The position numbers and the translations under genes are program-made. A DNA stretch of 64,000 nt from Geosiphon pyriformis uo1 (lineage: Eukaryota; Fungi; Glomeromycota), in assembly GCA_016748015.1 (NCBI GenBank), contig JAAOMT010000602.1, positions 1,067,696 through 1,131,695 on the forward strand, read 5' to 3'. Shown piece after piece: positions 13,801 through 26,835 of this stretch (position 1 is its first letter; each line of letters starts with the position of its first letter). The notes under the pieces were generated by a model. That model searched no databases. It was not told the DNA's origin and worked only from the letters and a program-made list of their open reading frames with translations.

Positions 13801-15364
13801 CCAAAATTCTGTCTGATCAGATCTCATCTGTTTACAGCAAGTTTGATGTTCTCTGTGGCAATAATTTCTCAGTCTTGAAAGATATCTCAATTCAGTTTTC
13901 TGTGTTTGCTATGGGTTCAGTAGTAGAAAATGTCCTGGAAAAGGGTCGGAAAATTTGGTTGGTTTTGCAGAACATGTGCAAAACATATAATTCAGTTAGG
14001 TAACATTATTTGAAGTCCTGTTTGGAGCACATCAAAATGTGTGCTGAATTTATTAAATTTTTTGGAAATATTCATAAAAACAGAGTTAATAGGATTATGA
14101 CTGACTTTGGACTTTTAGACAGTTATGTGGTTCATGATAAATTAGATCAGAGTGAGGTATTTTCTCCATTTCTTTGAAGAATTTTTTATGATCTTTTGCT
14201 GTGTGAAGTTAAAAGATAGGAATGACTGTGTAGTTATAAAATTAACTTAAATTTTGTGGCGAAAACTGATAAGATTGAGACCTATAGCAGTAGATTTTCT
14301 TTCTTTATTGTTGGTGCTTTTGTTGATGATACAATATAGGTGGAAAATAGCCAAGCATTAACACAATATATTTTGGATATTGCTAGTGAGTTTTTTGAGA
14401 TTAATGATATTTCTATTAATGTTAACAAGACTGTAACAATTTTTATTAATCAAAGAGTGTCAAATGCTTCCTTGTGCATCAGTGGCCAACTTATTTCTAT
14501 TGCAAAAAAGGGTAAAACTCATAGATATCTGGGTATTTTTTTGTCTATAGAGAATTTATCCAAACTGAGTATTGCTAAGGCTTATGCAGATATTAAATTT
14601 TTTTTGAATATGGTTTTTAGAAAGGCAGTATTGGACAAGTAATTCTCTTATTTAGTTTTAGTAGTTTTTCAACCTATTATCAGTTATCATACATAATTCA
14701 GTTTTATTACAAAGAGTGTGTGCTGAAAGTAGGATGTTTTAATTAGGAAAAGACTTAGATCTAAAACCTTTTTGCCAAAAGATTTCTCCAATGATCATCT
14801 TTTTTTGTACAATCTAAAGTCTTTTAAAGAGGTGCAGACTGAAGCAAAGATTGCTTTAGTGTTTGGTTTTTCTAATGCCTCTGGGATTCTTGGCCATTTG
14901 TTTGAACATCATATTTTGGACTTGCAGGTTCTGGAGTGGGCATCTCTGAATCTTTTGTATTGTCTGGTCAAATTAAAAGTCAATCCATTAAATAATTTTC
15001 TGGCTGGAATTATAAGGGTCTTTTTAGATGTTAATGTTTCTTTTGTCAATAATTTATTTTGTGTGTTTTGTAATTCTGGTCATTTTTAAATGTCTGAGAT
15101 CTTGGGAGCCAAATATTATTTTAATGTGGTGCATTTATTGAAGCATTTTGGTATTACTTTTGGAGATTGCTTAATAACAAAACATGATAGTGTTATAGAG
15201 TGGAAGACTTTCTGGTGTTGGAAAAAATTGAGTCCTAAAGATTTGATGCCAGCTTGATTTAGTAAGGCCTTGATATATATAAACAATTGTCTAGTAGAAT
15301 CTGACAGTTGTATTACTGTTGCAGTCAGTTCTAGTTTTATTTGTTCAAGTGAATTTATGGATGT

Positions 15365-16117
15365 TGTTATGCATAAAATATAGAAAGTATATTAGCATAT
15401 AAATTAGCCAATCAGAAATAGCCATAGTAAATATAGAATTCCAAGATTCCTGGTATAAGGAATTGAGGAATCAAGAAATCTCAATTATGTATATATAGCA
15501 GTAGTATTAAAAGGAGAAAAGACAGAATCCTTTAGTTAGAGACTTTTAAGTTTAGATTTGATTTAGACAACCTTTCACATCACAAATACCAATAAATAAT
15601 TATTCACTATTTTTATCTACTCTTCACTATTAATACTTTATGTTGATAATAATTAGTACTTAACCATACTGGAACAATAGCTCTTGATCACAGCTATTGA
15701 CAGAATACTAACTTGCAAAACACCTTGGCTTATTTTCTTTATCTTTTTTTATTTTTCTTTTGTTTTCTTTTTTTTATTTGTGTTGTGTTTATTAATTGAT
15801 TAAGAGTTAAGTGCTAAGATATAAGACATTATAGGGACTGGTAAAAAACCTGTGAAACAAAAGTAAAATACTCATAAATTTGAGGATAGCTTACCAAGAG
15901 GATTACTGGCCACCATACTGAGAAAGAAATTCAATAGAATTGTGATTCCAGGAGGCTACTAAAAACAACTATTGAATTTCTGTCTATTATACAAAAGACT
16001 CAACTCAAAACTTTCAGATACCACTAACATACCAATATTACTAACATCAATGAGATATTAAGCACCAAATTATGGGTTTGTTATTTGATTTGAGACCCTA
16101 AATATTCATCTGTAATA
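15365..16117 (+). repeat. 5' LTR (753 bp; lacks the U3 GGATTCC array)
   Basis: Direct repeat of 24496-25386 apart from a ~138-bp gap near 15440. Confidence 0.95.
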
Positions 16118-16136
16118 TTTGATGCTTCCTGTAAGG

Positions 16137-19100
16137 TATAATCCTACAGAGAACTAGCACCAACAGCAATTATCCAAAAGTAGCAGAACCAGAAAACATA
16201 GGAGCAAATCATTTAGGATTTGCCAAATCCCTGTTTCAACAGTACAGCCAACAATTAGGATTAAACAATAATCATTTCCCAGTGGAATCAGCCTTCAACT
16301 TCTATGTTAATGATAAAATCACAGACTGCTTAGGAGGAACTGTTAACATCAAATCAGCAAGAAAAAACTTTTATACAAAATTATTTCAATACATCAGCTT
16401 ACTAAAAAACCACAGTTTCGTACCAATTATCAAGAAAATCAACCAAACCATTGAAAGATACACTCAACAACAATTTTTTATTACCTACACAGACAAAGGC
16501 AAAGAAAAGTTACAAACACCAACAGTAATGTCTAAAGAAATACAACTACTAACTTGGAAGAAAACAAGAATAGAATTACCAATAAATCTATCATACTACT
16601 ATACACCAGGAAGTGCCATCAACATCATATTAACAGACATGTTCACATCAACCATGACATTAACATTTAGACAATTCCCATTTCAGAGTAAACAAAGGAA
16701 AAAAGATCTTCTAAAACCATATGGTGCGTATTTTGAAGAATTTAAGTCATGATTGCTAATGCCATTAGGACTTTGATTCCCACCACCCCAACCAGATTTC
16801 AGAACCACAAGTTCCTGGGAAATAACAGAATTGGAAGAAGAACAGAAAGAAAAGGAAGAAGAATTTCAAAATTAAAAATTTACTTACTAGAACCTGATCC
16901 CCAAAAACCCAGAAGTTGAAACCTTGAATCTTCAAACTCAGCAAAATCTAAACTTGAAAAATCCAGAAATCAGAACTCCGAATATTCAAGTACTACCAAA
17001 TCAAAACAATCTAAACCCAAGTTAATTAATCAGAAAAACTTATCTTCAGTAATCATCATTGATCAGCCACCTATTGAACTGATTCAACAGCAGCAAATAT
17101 TACTGCAGCAGCCATTACAACAGCCATTTCAACCATCACAACAACCCAACTTAGATCCAATGGCATACATACCAATTGCAAAACTTGAAAAATTTACCAG
17201 CAAAAAAGATGATGCCCAAGAATGGCTAAATAATGTGGAAAAAGCCATTACAGCCAATGAATGGAATGATGCCAGAGCCATGCAAGCCATCCCATATTTT
17301 CTATAGAACACTACTGACTTATGGTACCAAAGTCTGATCAACAAATCTCAAGATTTCAATACATTCAAAATTGAGTTTTTGAGATATTTCAACAACAATA
17401 ACAGCATCAACTGGCTAGTAAACATCTTCACTACTATTAAACAAAGAAAAACCAAAGCTGTTATCATGTACTTAGGATGCTTCCACAGGAATTTGCACTA
17501 GATCTAAGTCATCGATGCCAATTATTTCACAGTGGCCCAAATTCTAAACCAATTTATTCATGGATTATGCAGTAGTATCCTGCAATCCATATGTCCAATG
17601 CATTCAGCTGATCTGCAAGCAGTTGTCACAAATGCCAGAGATTTTGAAGCAGCCAAATTAGAAGCTAACCACATCCAAGCCATAAATTTAGTGATGAATA
17701 GATCATCTGAATTGGATTCCAAATTGAAACAATTCAGTAATTTAATTAACTAGAAGCTTGAAGGATACTTAGCTAACAATCATGCAATTTATCAGCCACC
17801 CCAACAACACAATAATTTAGGAACCACAAATCATTCACAAAATCAGTCGCATCCTTCATTATTATCCAATCAGCCATGACAGCAAGAGATGCATATCTGC
17901 CACTACTGTGGTAAACAAGGACATTTAAAAATTGATTGTAGGTTAAAAATAGACAATCAACAATTGGGAAACCAATTTTGAAACTCCAATTGCCAGTTTC
18001 AAACTCCGAGATATCAACCCAATTCAGAAATTTATCAAGCAAATTACCTATCAGTGATGCAGTAACTAATTTACCAACCACCTGTGTATTAATCTCTAAT
18101 TTATCAATTACAGTCTCAAATAATATATCAACTGCAGTCATCAGTAATCTATTAATTCCAACAAATTCCAACCCTGCCACCAAACTCAGCTCAGATGACA
18201 TCAGAGAATTCTCGATTTAGGGTTACTTAAAACTGGAGATTGGCAATAGTTGTTCATCAACTGATTCTCAACTCATCAAACCAGCCATCAGAATCACACC
18301 AGCAGAGTTTAAGGACTGAATATACCCAAAACCCGAGTTCTCAGAACTATTTAAGTCTTCTGGTTACCCCAGAAGATGCCTTATCTAATAACATGGAGAC
18401 CCACCAAACACAGCCACTTACTAGCAATATTTTACCAGCCGCCAGTACTGAAAATGAATCATTGGTCACTATATTCCCTTTTGATCTTGACAAAATTACA
18501 CCAGTTCTATTATTTAGTGGAGCCGCTCTTAACACCAAACTAATCACAACCATGTATACTGACACTAAAGTTGATAATCAACCTATCAAGCTTATCCTTA
18601 ATAGTGAGTCAATAGGCAGCATAATCACATGACAACTTATGAACCAATAAGGTTGCCAAGTTGATCATACTGTCAGCATCAGAATTATTACAGCTGATGA
18701 AGCTACAAAAACTTCCATCAGCGAGATTGATGACTTCCCTTTTGAAATTAATGGCATTACTATATTAATTAAAGTTCTAGTAATAGAAGCCACTCAATAC
18801 CAGACACTCATTGACAATGATTGGCTGTTCAAAATAAATGCAACTCTTAATTGAACCACACAGAAACTACAGCTTAGCCAGAATGGTCAACACACACAGG
18901 TATCTGCCATGTGTAGACACTTCAAACTTATTACCACACCATCAGCTCCACTTATTAAATTTGAGGAAGAAAAAAAAAATCTACCTAAAAAGCCTATTAA
19001 ATATCCTAAGCTAATGAAGATTACAACAAGCTATCACCAATACTTTCTTGAAATGACAAGGGAAAAATAAAGTGAAAAGAAAAATCTATCTGGAATGCTG

Positions 19101-22100
19101 ACCAAGCCTGGGAAACCAACAATAATCAAGACAAATTAACAACAACTTGGGAGTGGAAAGAAGATAACAATAAGGGAAAAAAGAAAGAGAAAGAAAATTT
19201 AACACCAACCACTACTTATAGCTCATACACTTACTCTTTACTATAGTCATCTAACTATTGCCAACCAAAATTGGTATGTGTAAATTGCAGCAAAAAATTG
19301 TCGTCAATGGGTGCATGCTATGGCAATGACAAAAAATACTCTACAGCAACAAAGTTCTATTGTTGCCCATACATTATAGAATGGTTTGGATGCCCAAAAA
19401 GACCAGGAAAATGAGATAACAAACCCTGTCTTGCATGTGAAACTATTTTGCTTGATGAAAGAATGTAGAATAACATTCCTGGGCAAGGAAAAATGTGTGA
19501 TGAGACATGCCAGTATATCATCCTGATAAACAACTGGGTATGCAAAAAAACTCCAATTGACAATGTCTGGAAAAAAGTGTTGTAACAATTGAAAAAATAT
19601 TTTTATAATGAACATGAAATCTAGAGAATGGTAAGTGTGAAAGCAGAAGATGTTACTACCAGCGAGTTATTAGAAATTAAGAATAACTCACTCTCACTGC
19701 CTGAATCTAAATACGTTCTCACCTTTGATGTCTTTGCCAACATTGAAGACAATCCAGAAGAATTCCATGAACATTATCAGTAATTAGCACCCACTAGAGA
19801 AAAACAAGAGCAGCATTTAGAGCAGTTGAATACTCAATTATGTCAATATTGCTTAATTCTCTGTGACTTTCAATATTGTAATGAGTGTGATCTTATTTAC
19901 AATCCACTCATCTACATGATCTACATGATTCCAAAAGAAGATGAACCAATCAACAACTGTACATTGGAATTGGAATCAATTTTCAATCCCAATTCAAACT
20001 TTAACAACAATGATGATAAAAACAATGGTTTCAGCTCTGCTCAAAATAACAACAAAAATAACAACAATTTGGACTCTGATTCAAACCCCAAAACATTTAT
20101 CACACTTTCTGACCTTACTAAGAAGCAGGAACTTAAATGGTTCAGCAATAATGATAAAAGTATTATGCCAGAACACATGCATAATACTGATGCCAGATTT
20201 GATCTGAGATATTCAGAAAAAGATGTCATCAAATTAGAACCACATTTGCACACAAACATTGATCTCAAAGTAGCACTGAAAATTTTAGCAACAACAATAG
20301 TTTAACTAGCATCTAAAAGTAGTTTAATGAAAAAGGAAATCAACTTTAGAAAAGGAATAATTGATGCAGGATATATAAGAAATATTATTGCAATGCTACA
20401 ATATGATTTAAAAAAGGCCTATATCATAGAGCCAAATGAAAAGATAGCACAAACAATATTCTTGCCTTTGGTAAAAGTAGCTCAATTAGTATTAGTGAGA
20501 AACAGGAAAGAATTAGAGATTACAGCAAGAGAGATACAGAGATTTGGGTCCACAAGTAGAATAGATGTACCAGTCAATATGGCAGAAGAAAAAATTGTTG
20601 ACAAGGAAGAAATTATCTCCACCTGTTAATCAATTTTCATTCCATTATATAACCAGTACATGGTAATTATAGAGAGAAAAGTAAGGGATCAGTTTCAAAT
20701 TTTTGAGGCAGAAGCAACTTTTTGTGAATCAGAAGAGATTGGATTAGTCAATCTACATATACTAGCTAAGAACCATAGTCACATTAAAATTTCCATTTAC
20801 AACAATACGGGAAACATCATCAAGATACCAGAAAGAACTATCATTGAATACTTAATCACCGAAATTAAAAACCAACTGCTGGATATCATTCCAGACTTTC
20901 CACAATTGTGTGGATATATGAATATTACATTACAAACAATATACAGATGAGAAGAATGTTATCTGCTCCAACCAGAACAATTGGAACAGATGAACTTGGA
21001 AAACTTAGATCCACTACAACATATGCAGTTCAAGATATTACTCAACAATTTCAATGACATTTTTGCCACCAAAAATGAATTTGGCAGAACTGACATTATC
21101 CAATATCAAATTAAGACTGGAGATGCAATGCCAATTAAACAGAGAGCATACAGAATACCACCAACTAGCCATGAAATCATTTGGCAAGAAATCAATTAAA
21201 TGCTTAACAATAAGTTAATTCAACTATCAATGAGTCCATGGTCATCACCAATGGTATTAGTTCATAAAAAGAATGAAAAAATCTGTTTTTGTGTGGATTA
21301 CCAAAAACTAAATAGAGTGACAAAAGAAGATAGTTACCCAACTCCAAAAATACAAGAACTGTTTGACACTTTTGGTGGAAAGAAATAGTTCTCAACACTA
21401 GACTTAGACAGTGGTTACTGACAAATAGTCATGAAACCAGAAGATAAAGAGAAGACAGTATTTACAATGCAAGAAGGAAATTTTGAATTTGAGATTATGC
21501 CATTTGGCTTAATGAATGCTCCCACCACATTTCAATGACTTATGGAGATTGTCTATACCAAATTGCTATGGAAATTAGTAGTTGTATACTTGGATGACAC
21601 CAATGTGTTCTCAAAAATATTTAATGACCATTTGTATCATCTCCAACAAGTATTTGAAAGACTCAGATAAGCAGAATTGAAACTAAATGCCAATAAATGT
21701 TTCTTTGGAAAAACTGAACTCAAGTTTTTGGGACATGTTGTGAACCAAGATGGAATCAAAATGGATCCAAACAAGATTGAGATTGTCAAAAACTTTCCAG
21801 TACCAAATAATCTCACAGAATTAAGAGCATTCTTGGGATTTGCTGGATACTACTGTCATTTTATCAAGAACTTTTCCAAAATAGCTCAACCACTACACCA
21901 ACTCCAAACAAAGAACACCAAATATGAATAAACTGAAACTTAGCAAAAAGCTTTTAATACATTAAGAAAAAAGCTTATTCAAGCTCTAGTACTAATCTAT
22001 CTGGATCATAGCAAGCCATTCATAATCACAATTGATGTATCTGGTCAAACATTGGGAACAGTATTATCTCAGAAAGGACCAGACAGATGAGAACATCCAG

Positions 22101-23791
22101 TAACTTATGCAAGTAGAAGCTTAAGTCCAGCTGAAAAGAACTATGAAATTCCAGCACTGAAACACTTAACTATTTATTGGGCTATTATTAAATGGAAAAA
22201 ATACTTGAGTCAGAAGTTTGACATATATACTGATCACAAAAGATTGATTTTAATTCAGAAACAAAAATTTGGAGATGATCACCATGCCAGATAGAAAATA
22301 GAACTTTCATCATTTAATTATACAGTATATTATAAAAAAGGAAAAAAAAATGGAAATGCCAATGGATTGTTGTGAATGAGACAAATTTAAAAACATTGCA
22401 ACCCAAAAATATAACAAAAGATAAATATACAAAAATACCAACAACTCTAATATTATATAAATACCCAATTATTCAAAGAGAAATTATCTCAATAGAAACA
22501 AAGGAACATAAAACAACAATCAAAATATTTTATTAACCATCAAAATATACTTTACTGAAAGAACAGAAAAAATCCAGATTAACCAACCAGAGTAATCACA
22601 GAACCAGAAAAAGAGACAATATTGTTTAACATGCATTCAAATTCAACAGCAGGACATTTTCATAAAAAAGCAACCATAGAAAAAACCAGAAAAAGACATT
22701 ATTGGCCATCAATGTATTTGGACATTATTCAATATGTGCAAAGTTGTGATGTTTGTCAAAGAAGAGGTGAAACAAAATCCAGTGAACTATTAAGACCAAT
22801 CAAAGTGAGACAACCATTTGATCACATTGGAATTGACTTAGTCAGACCATTAACAATCACCAGCAGAGGCAACAGATATATCACAGTAGCCATAGATTAT
22901 TTCACAAAATGGCCAGAAGCAAAACCCATTCAAAAAGCAGATGCAAAATCCATTGCCAAATTCGTTCATCAAGACTTGATCTGCCGATACAGATGTCCAA
23001 AAGAATTGTTATCAGATCAAGGAACTCACTTTATGAATAGAACATTAACAGAATTAAGTCAAAGATTTGGAATAAAAAGACCATTACCATACCATCCACA
23101 AACAAATGGGCTAGTTGAAAGGTTTAACAGAACATTGTGTAAAACAATTGCCAAAATCAGCCAAAAAAACCAGAATGAATAAGATTTGTTCATACTATTA
23201 GTATTATTTACTTATCGGACAATAAAGCAAGACACTACACAAGCAACATTATTTAAATTAGTATATGATAGAACAGCAACAATACCAGTTGAGATAGAAG
23301 TCAACACTTATCCAACAGAACCAATAACTGAAGACAATTTTCAAGAAACATTGTTGAAAAGAACATATGACTTAATAGAAACACTAAAAAACAAAAGACA
23401 AAGAGCAGCTAATAACATCCAAAAGTCACAAAAAAAACAAAAAGAAAGACATGATAACCAACTACCAGATAAACCAGTTGAATTCAAAATTGGAGACAAA
23501 GTACTTTTACATTATACCAAAGCAGAAAAACAATGGAGTGAAAAATTTGATTCCAAATAGGATGGACTATTTCACATAGAAGAAAGTCTTGGAAATGGAG
23601 CTTATAAATTAAGATGGAACAACAAAATTTTAGCCAAAGCAGCATATGGTAATTGACTGAAACCATATTATCATATAATGTCACCATTCACTAGTAATAT
23701 TTCACAATTAGGAGTACAGCAAATACTAGTTCAACCAGATGAGATTTCACAAAATCTGGAATCAATCATAATTATTGGACCAAACATGTAA
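16137..23791 (+). pseudogene. gag-pol polyprotein, disrupted by stops and a few frameshifts
   Basis: Zn knuckle CHYCGKQGHLKIDC (~17900); protease LILNSESIGSII (decayed LILDSGS, ~18595); RT SPWSSP, CVDYQKLN, MPFGL, YLDD (~21585); RNase H (IYTDHK); integrase HHCC and core (IGIDLV, IDYFTKWPEA, LLSDQGTHF, HPQTNGLVERFNRTL). Confidence 0.93.
20165..20560 (+). pseudogene. dUTPase domain within pol
   Basis: All five trimeric dUTPase motifs present in decayed form: DARFDL (DAGFDL), ASKSSL (RSS), GIIDAGYIR (GxIDxDYxG), KIAQ, REIQRFGSTS (RGxxGFGSTG). Confidence 0.9.
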
Positions 23792-23821
23792 AATTAAACA
23801 ATAAAAAGAGTATATAAAGAC

Positions 23822-24481
23822 ATGATAGACATGACGAAAGACTCCAGTAAAATAGAAATCACTGATGATATCTACTCACTAGCATAACAACTCTTCTAAC
23901 TAATTCAACAACAGAATATGGAAATTACCATTAATCAACAAACCATTTGATACTAAGATACCAGAAAGAGACCCAAATACAAAAGTCAAAAGAAAACAGA
24001 AAACACTATTGACAAAATGGTTCTGAAAATAAAATTAGCAATAGAAAAACCAATAAGTGTTACCACATATCAAGAGTTAACTAAAAAAACTTGGAAATAG
24101 TGGATACACAAATTTTCAAGGAACTTTTGTTATTTCCACTTGGAATGACACTTGAACATTCAGAACTTATACACAGATAAAACAAAACGATTATTCAACA
24201 CAACAATACTGCAACAACTAAAACAATTTGTGGAAAAGAACAACATGACTACACAGGCAAGAGCTATATATTGGCTATATACAGGATTTCAAGACAGACT
24301 GAAAATCTTACTTAATCCAGAAATGGACTTTATTACAGTTAACCAAATGGGAAAAATAACCAACATCCAATTTGAAGAATTACAGAACAAAATAATACAA
24401 GTAATTCTCAAAAAAGAAGTTCAAAAAATACTCAAAGACAAAGAATTAGAATTGGAAGATCTTGATAGAGCTCAATATTAA
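23822..24481 (+). pseudogene. ORF3 of family A, unknown function (~220 codons, internal stops all CAA/CAG/CGA to TAA/TAG/TGA type)
   Basis: Lies between the pol stop and the PPT. Homologous end to end to the intact ORF 62716-63423. Confidence 0.8.
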
Positions 24482-24495
24482 AAAAGAAGAAATAA

Positions 24496-25386
24496 TATTA
24501 CACATAAAATATAGAAAGTATATTAGCATATAAATTAGCCAATTAAAAGTAGCCATAGTAAATGTGAAATTTTAGGATTTTTTTCAAGAGAAATTGCAGG
24601 ATTCCAGGAATTTCAGGATTCTCGTATAAGGAATTACAGGATTCCAGAATTCCAGAATTCTTCTCAAAAGGAATTGCAGGATTCCAGAAATTCCAGGATT
24701 CTAGAAATTCTAGGATTCCTGGTATGAGAAATTGAGAAATCAAGAAATCTCAATTATGTATATATAGCAGTAATATTAGAAGGAGAAAAGACAGAATCTT
24801 TTAGTTAGAGATCTCTGAATTTAGATTTAATCTAGACAACCTTCCACATTACAAATATCAATAAATAATTATTTACTATCTTAATCCACTCTTCACTATC
24901 AACACTTTATGTTGATAGTAATTAATACTTAACCACACTGGAACAATAGCTTTTGATCACAGCTATTAACAGGATACTAACTTGCAAAATGCCTTGGCTT
25001 ATTTTCTTTATTTTTTTTTATTTTCCTTTTGTTTTCTTTTCTTTATTTGTGTTGTGTTTATTAATTGATTAAGGATTAAGTGCTGAGATATAAAATGTCA
25101 TAGAGACTGGTAAAAGACCTGTAAAACAAAGGTAGAACACTCATAGATTTGAGAATAGCTTACTAGGAGAATTACCAGTCACTATGCTAAGAAAAAAATT
25201 TGATGGAATTGCAATTCTGAAAGACTACTGAAAACAACTATTGAATCTCTGTTTATTATACAAAAAACTTAACTCAAAACTTTCAGATACCACCAATATA
25301 CCAATATTACCAACATCAACGAGATATTAAGCACCAAGTTATGGGTTTGTTATTTGATTTGAGACCCCAAATATTCATCTGTAACA
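24496..25386 (+). repeat. 3' LTR (891 bp)
   Basis: TATTAC (decayed TGTTAC)...TGTAACA. Preceded by the purine tract AAAAAAGAAGAAA. Confidence 0.95.
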
Positions 25387-25432
25387 ATGTATGTAGTAGC
25401 TTACATGAAATTTGGGTTGGAGAGATAAATGT

Positions 25433-26835
25433 TGTTATTAGAAAATTTTCACACTTTTCAATGCAAAAATTACAACACATACAATAGAAATTAACATCAA
25501 AATCATGTGAAAAAGACCTACATTATCACACTTAATTAACAAAATCAGCCAGTAATCTGAAAATAAATAATCAGCAATCAGTTCAATTACAACAAAGAAA
25601 TATGGCACAATCTAATAGTTTAATTAAATTAAATACAAAAAAATCTTGGCAAACCAAGAAACACCAATGGAAATAGATAATTGACATATATAATTTAATA
25701 ACAACAGGCTTTGTTATGTTCCAAAATTCTCATACACCTTTATTAGAACAATCTAACATTTCAGATTTGTGATTAATAGTTAAAAGTAGTTACCAAAAAA
25801 TGTAATCAATTAATCTACTTCTGATTATGTTGATTATAATCACAATTGGTATCATTAATTTATAATCAATATTCTAAATTCAGCCATCTAAATTTGATCA
25901 TCTAAATTACTAGCTCTTGGATAAATAACAGACTAAGTAAGCTCATTATGAATTTATTAATTTAATGTATATAAATAATTAATGTATTTAAATAGTCTTA
26001 ATATAGTATATAGATCTAATGTAATTTAGCTATATATACAGCTTTTCTGTCAGCTCAAGAAAGTATTAGTTCAATACTGAGCCAACTCTTTGCTATAGTT
26101 TTATAGTGAACAGTTAGTTCTTTTCTCTATTTTTTACTTTTTTCTTCTCTTTTCCTATGCTCTAAATACTTGTTATTACAATTTCAAGTATGTCTTCTCA
26201 TATTTTTTATCACTATTTGGAATTATGTTATTTATAACTTTTTATCTACATGTTAACAATATTATCAAGTTTCTATTATTTCTGATCTTTTAAATTATGT
26301 GTTATTACCATTTCATATTAAGTTTTGTTTCACTAAACAAATTGTTAAATATAAAAATAAGTAATAAAATATCATGTTGTTAGAAAGTGGTCTCAACAAT
26401 AAAAAGGTTAATCAAAATCTATTTTAGTAATGTTTGACTTTCATAATCTTTTTATAATTCCTATAACTTCACTTTCAAAGCTAGACATTTGAACACCACA
26501 CCCTTTTGATAACTAATTGAAAAAATTCTGGTTATGTATTTATTAGAGTAATTAGTTTTATTTCTGTTGTTGGTTGTGCTTTAATACATATAAAGAGATG
26601 TAACTTCTCTTTCTCCTTTAAAATACCTAAGACTGGTTCTTGTCCAAAAACAAATAATAATAATAATACTTTCTTTTACTTTTAATGACTTTATTATGTA
26701 CCTTTTTTTCGCTCTCTCATCTACTGAAATAGTTTATACACTTATGATATCTTATAGTTAGTAGCATAATTATGATAATGTGTGTTATCAGTTGAGCTAA
26801 GAAATGTTTCTAAATAATAAAAACCACTAGTAACA
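25433..26835 (+). mobile_element. Probable solo LTR of a third family (C), 1403 bp
   Basis: Termini TGTTATTAG...CTAGTAACA like family B. ATGT TSD at 25429-25432 and 26836-26839. No coding capacity seen. Strand inferred from similarity to the family B 3' end. Confidence 0.8.

Larger units (their letters stand above)
15365..25386 (+). mobile_element. Full-length Ty3/Gypsy LTR retrotransposon, family A (inactivated)
   Basis: Two LTRs (15365-16117 and 24496-25386), ATGT TSD at 15361-15364 and 25387-25390, PBS, purine tract before the 3' LTR, domain order gag-PR-RT-RH-IN. Confidence 0.96.

Noticed and set aside
23560-23791. Chromodomain at the integrase C-terminus
   Set aside because: After the SH3-like segment both families end in a short Pro/Gln-rich tail with LE(P/S)IIII; no chromodomain aromatic motif is visible.
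25095-25097. ATG as the start of the LTR-encoded gag extension
   Set aside because: The 5' LTR reads ACA at the same position (15826-15828), implying ancestral ACG; the ATG is probably a CpG decay product.
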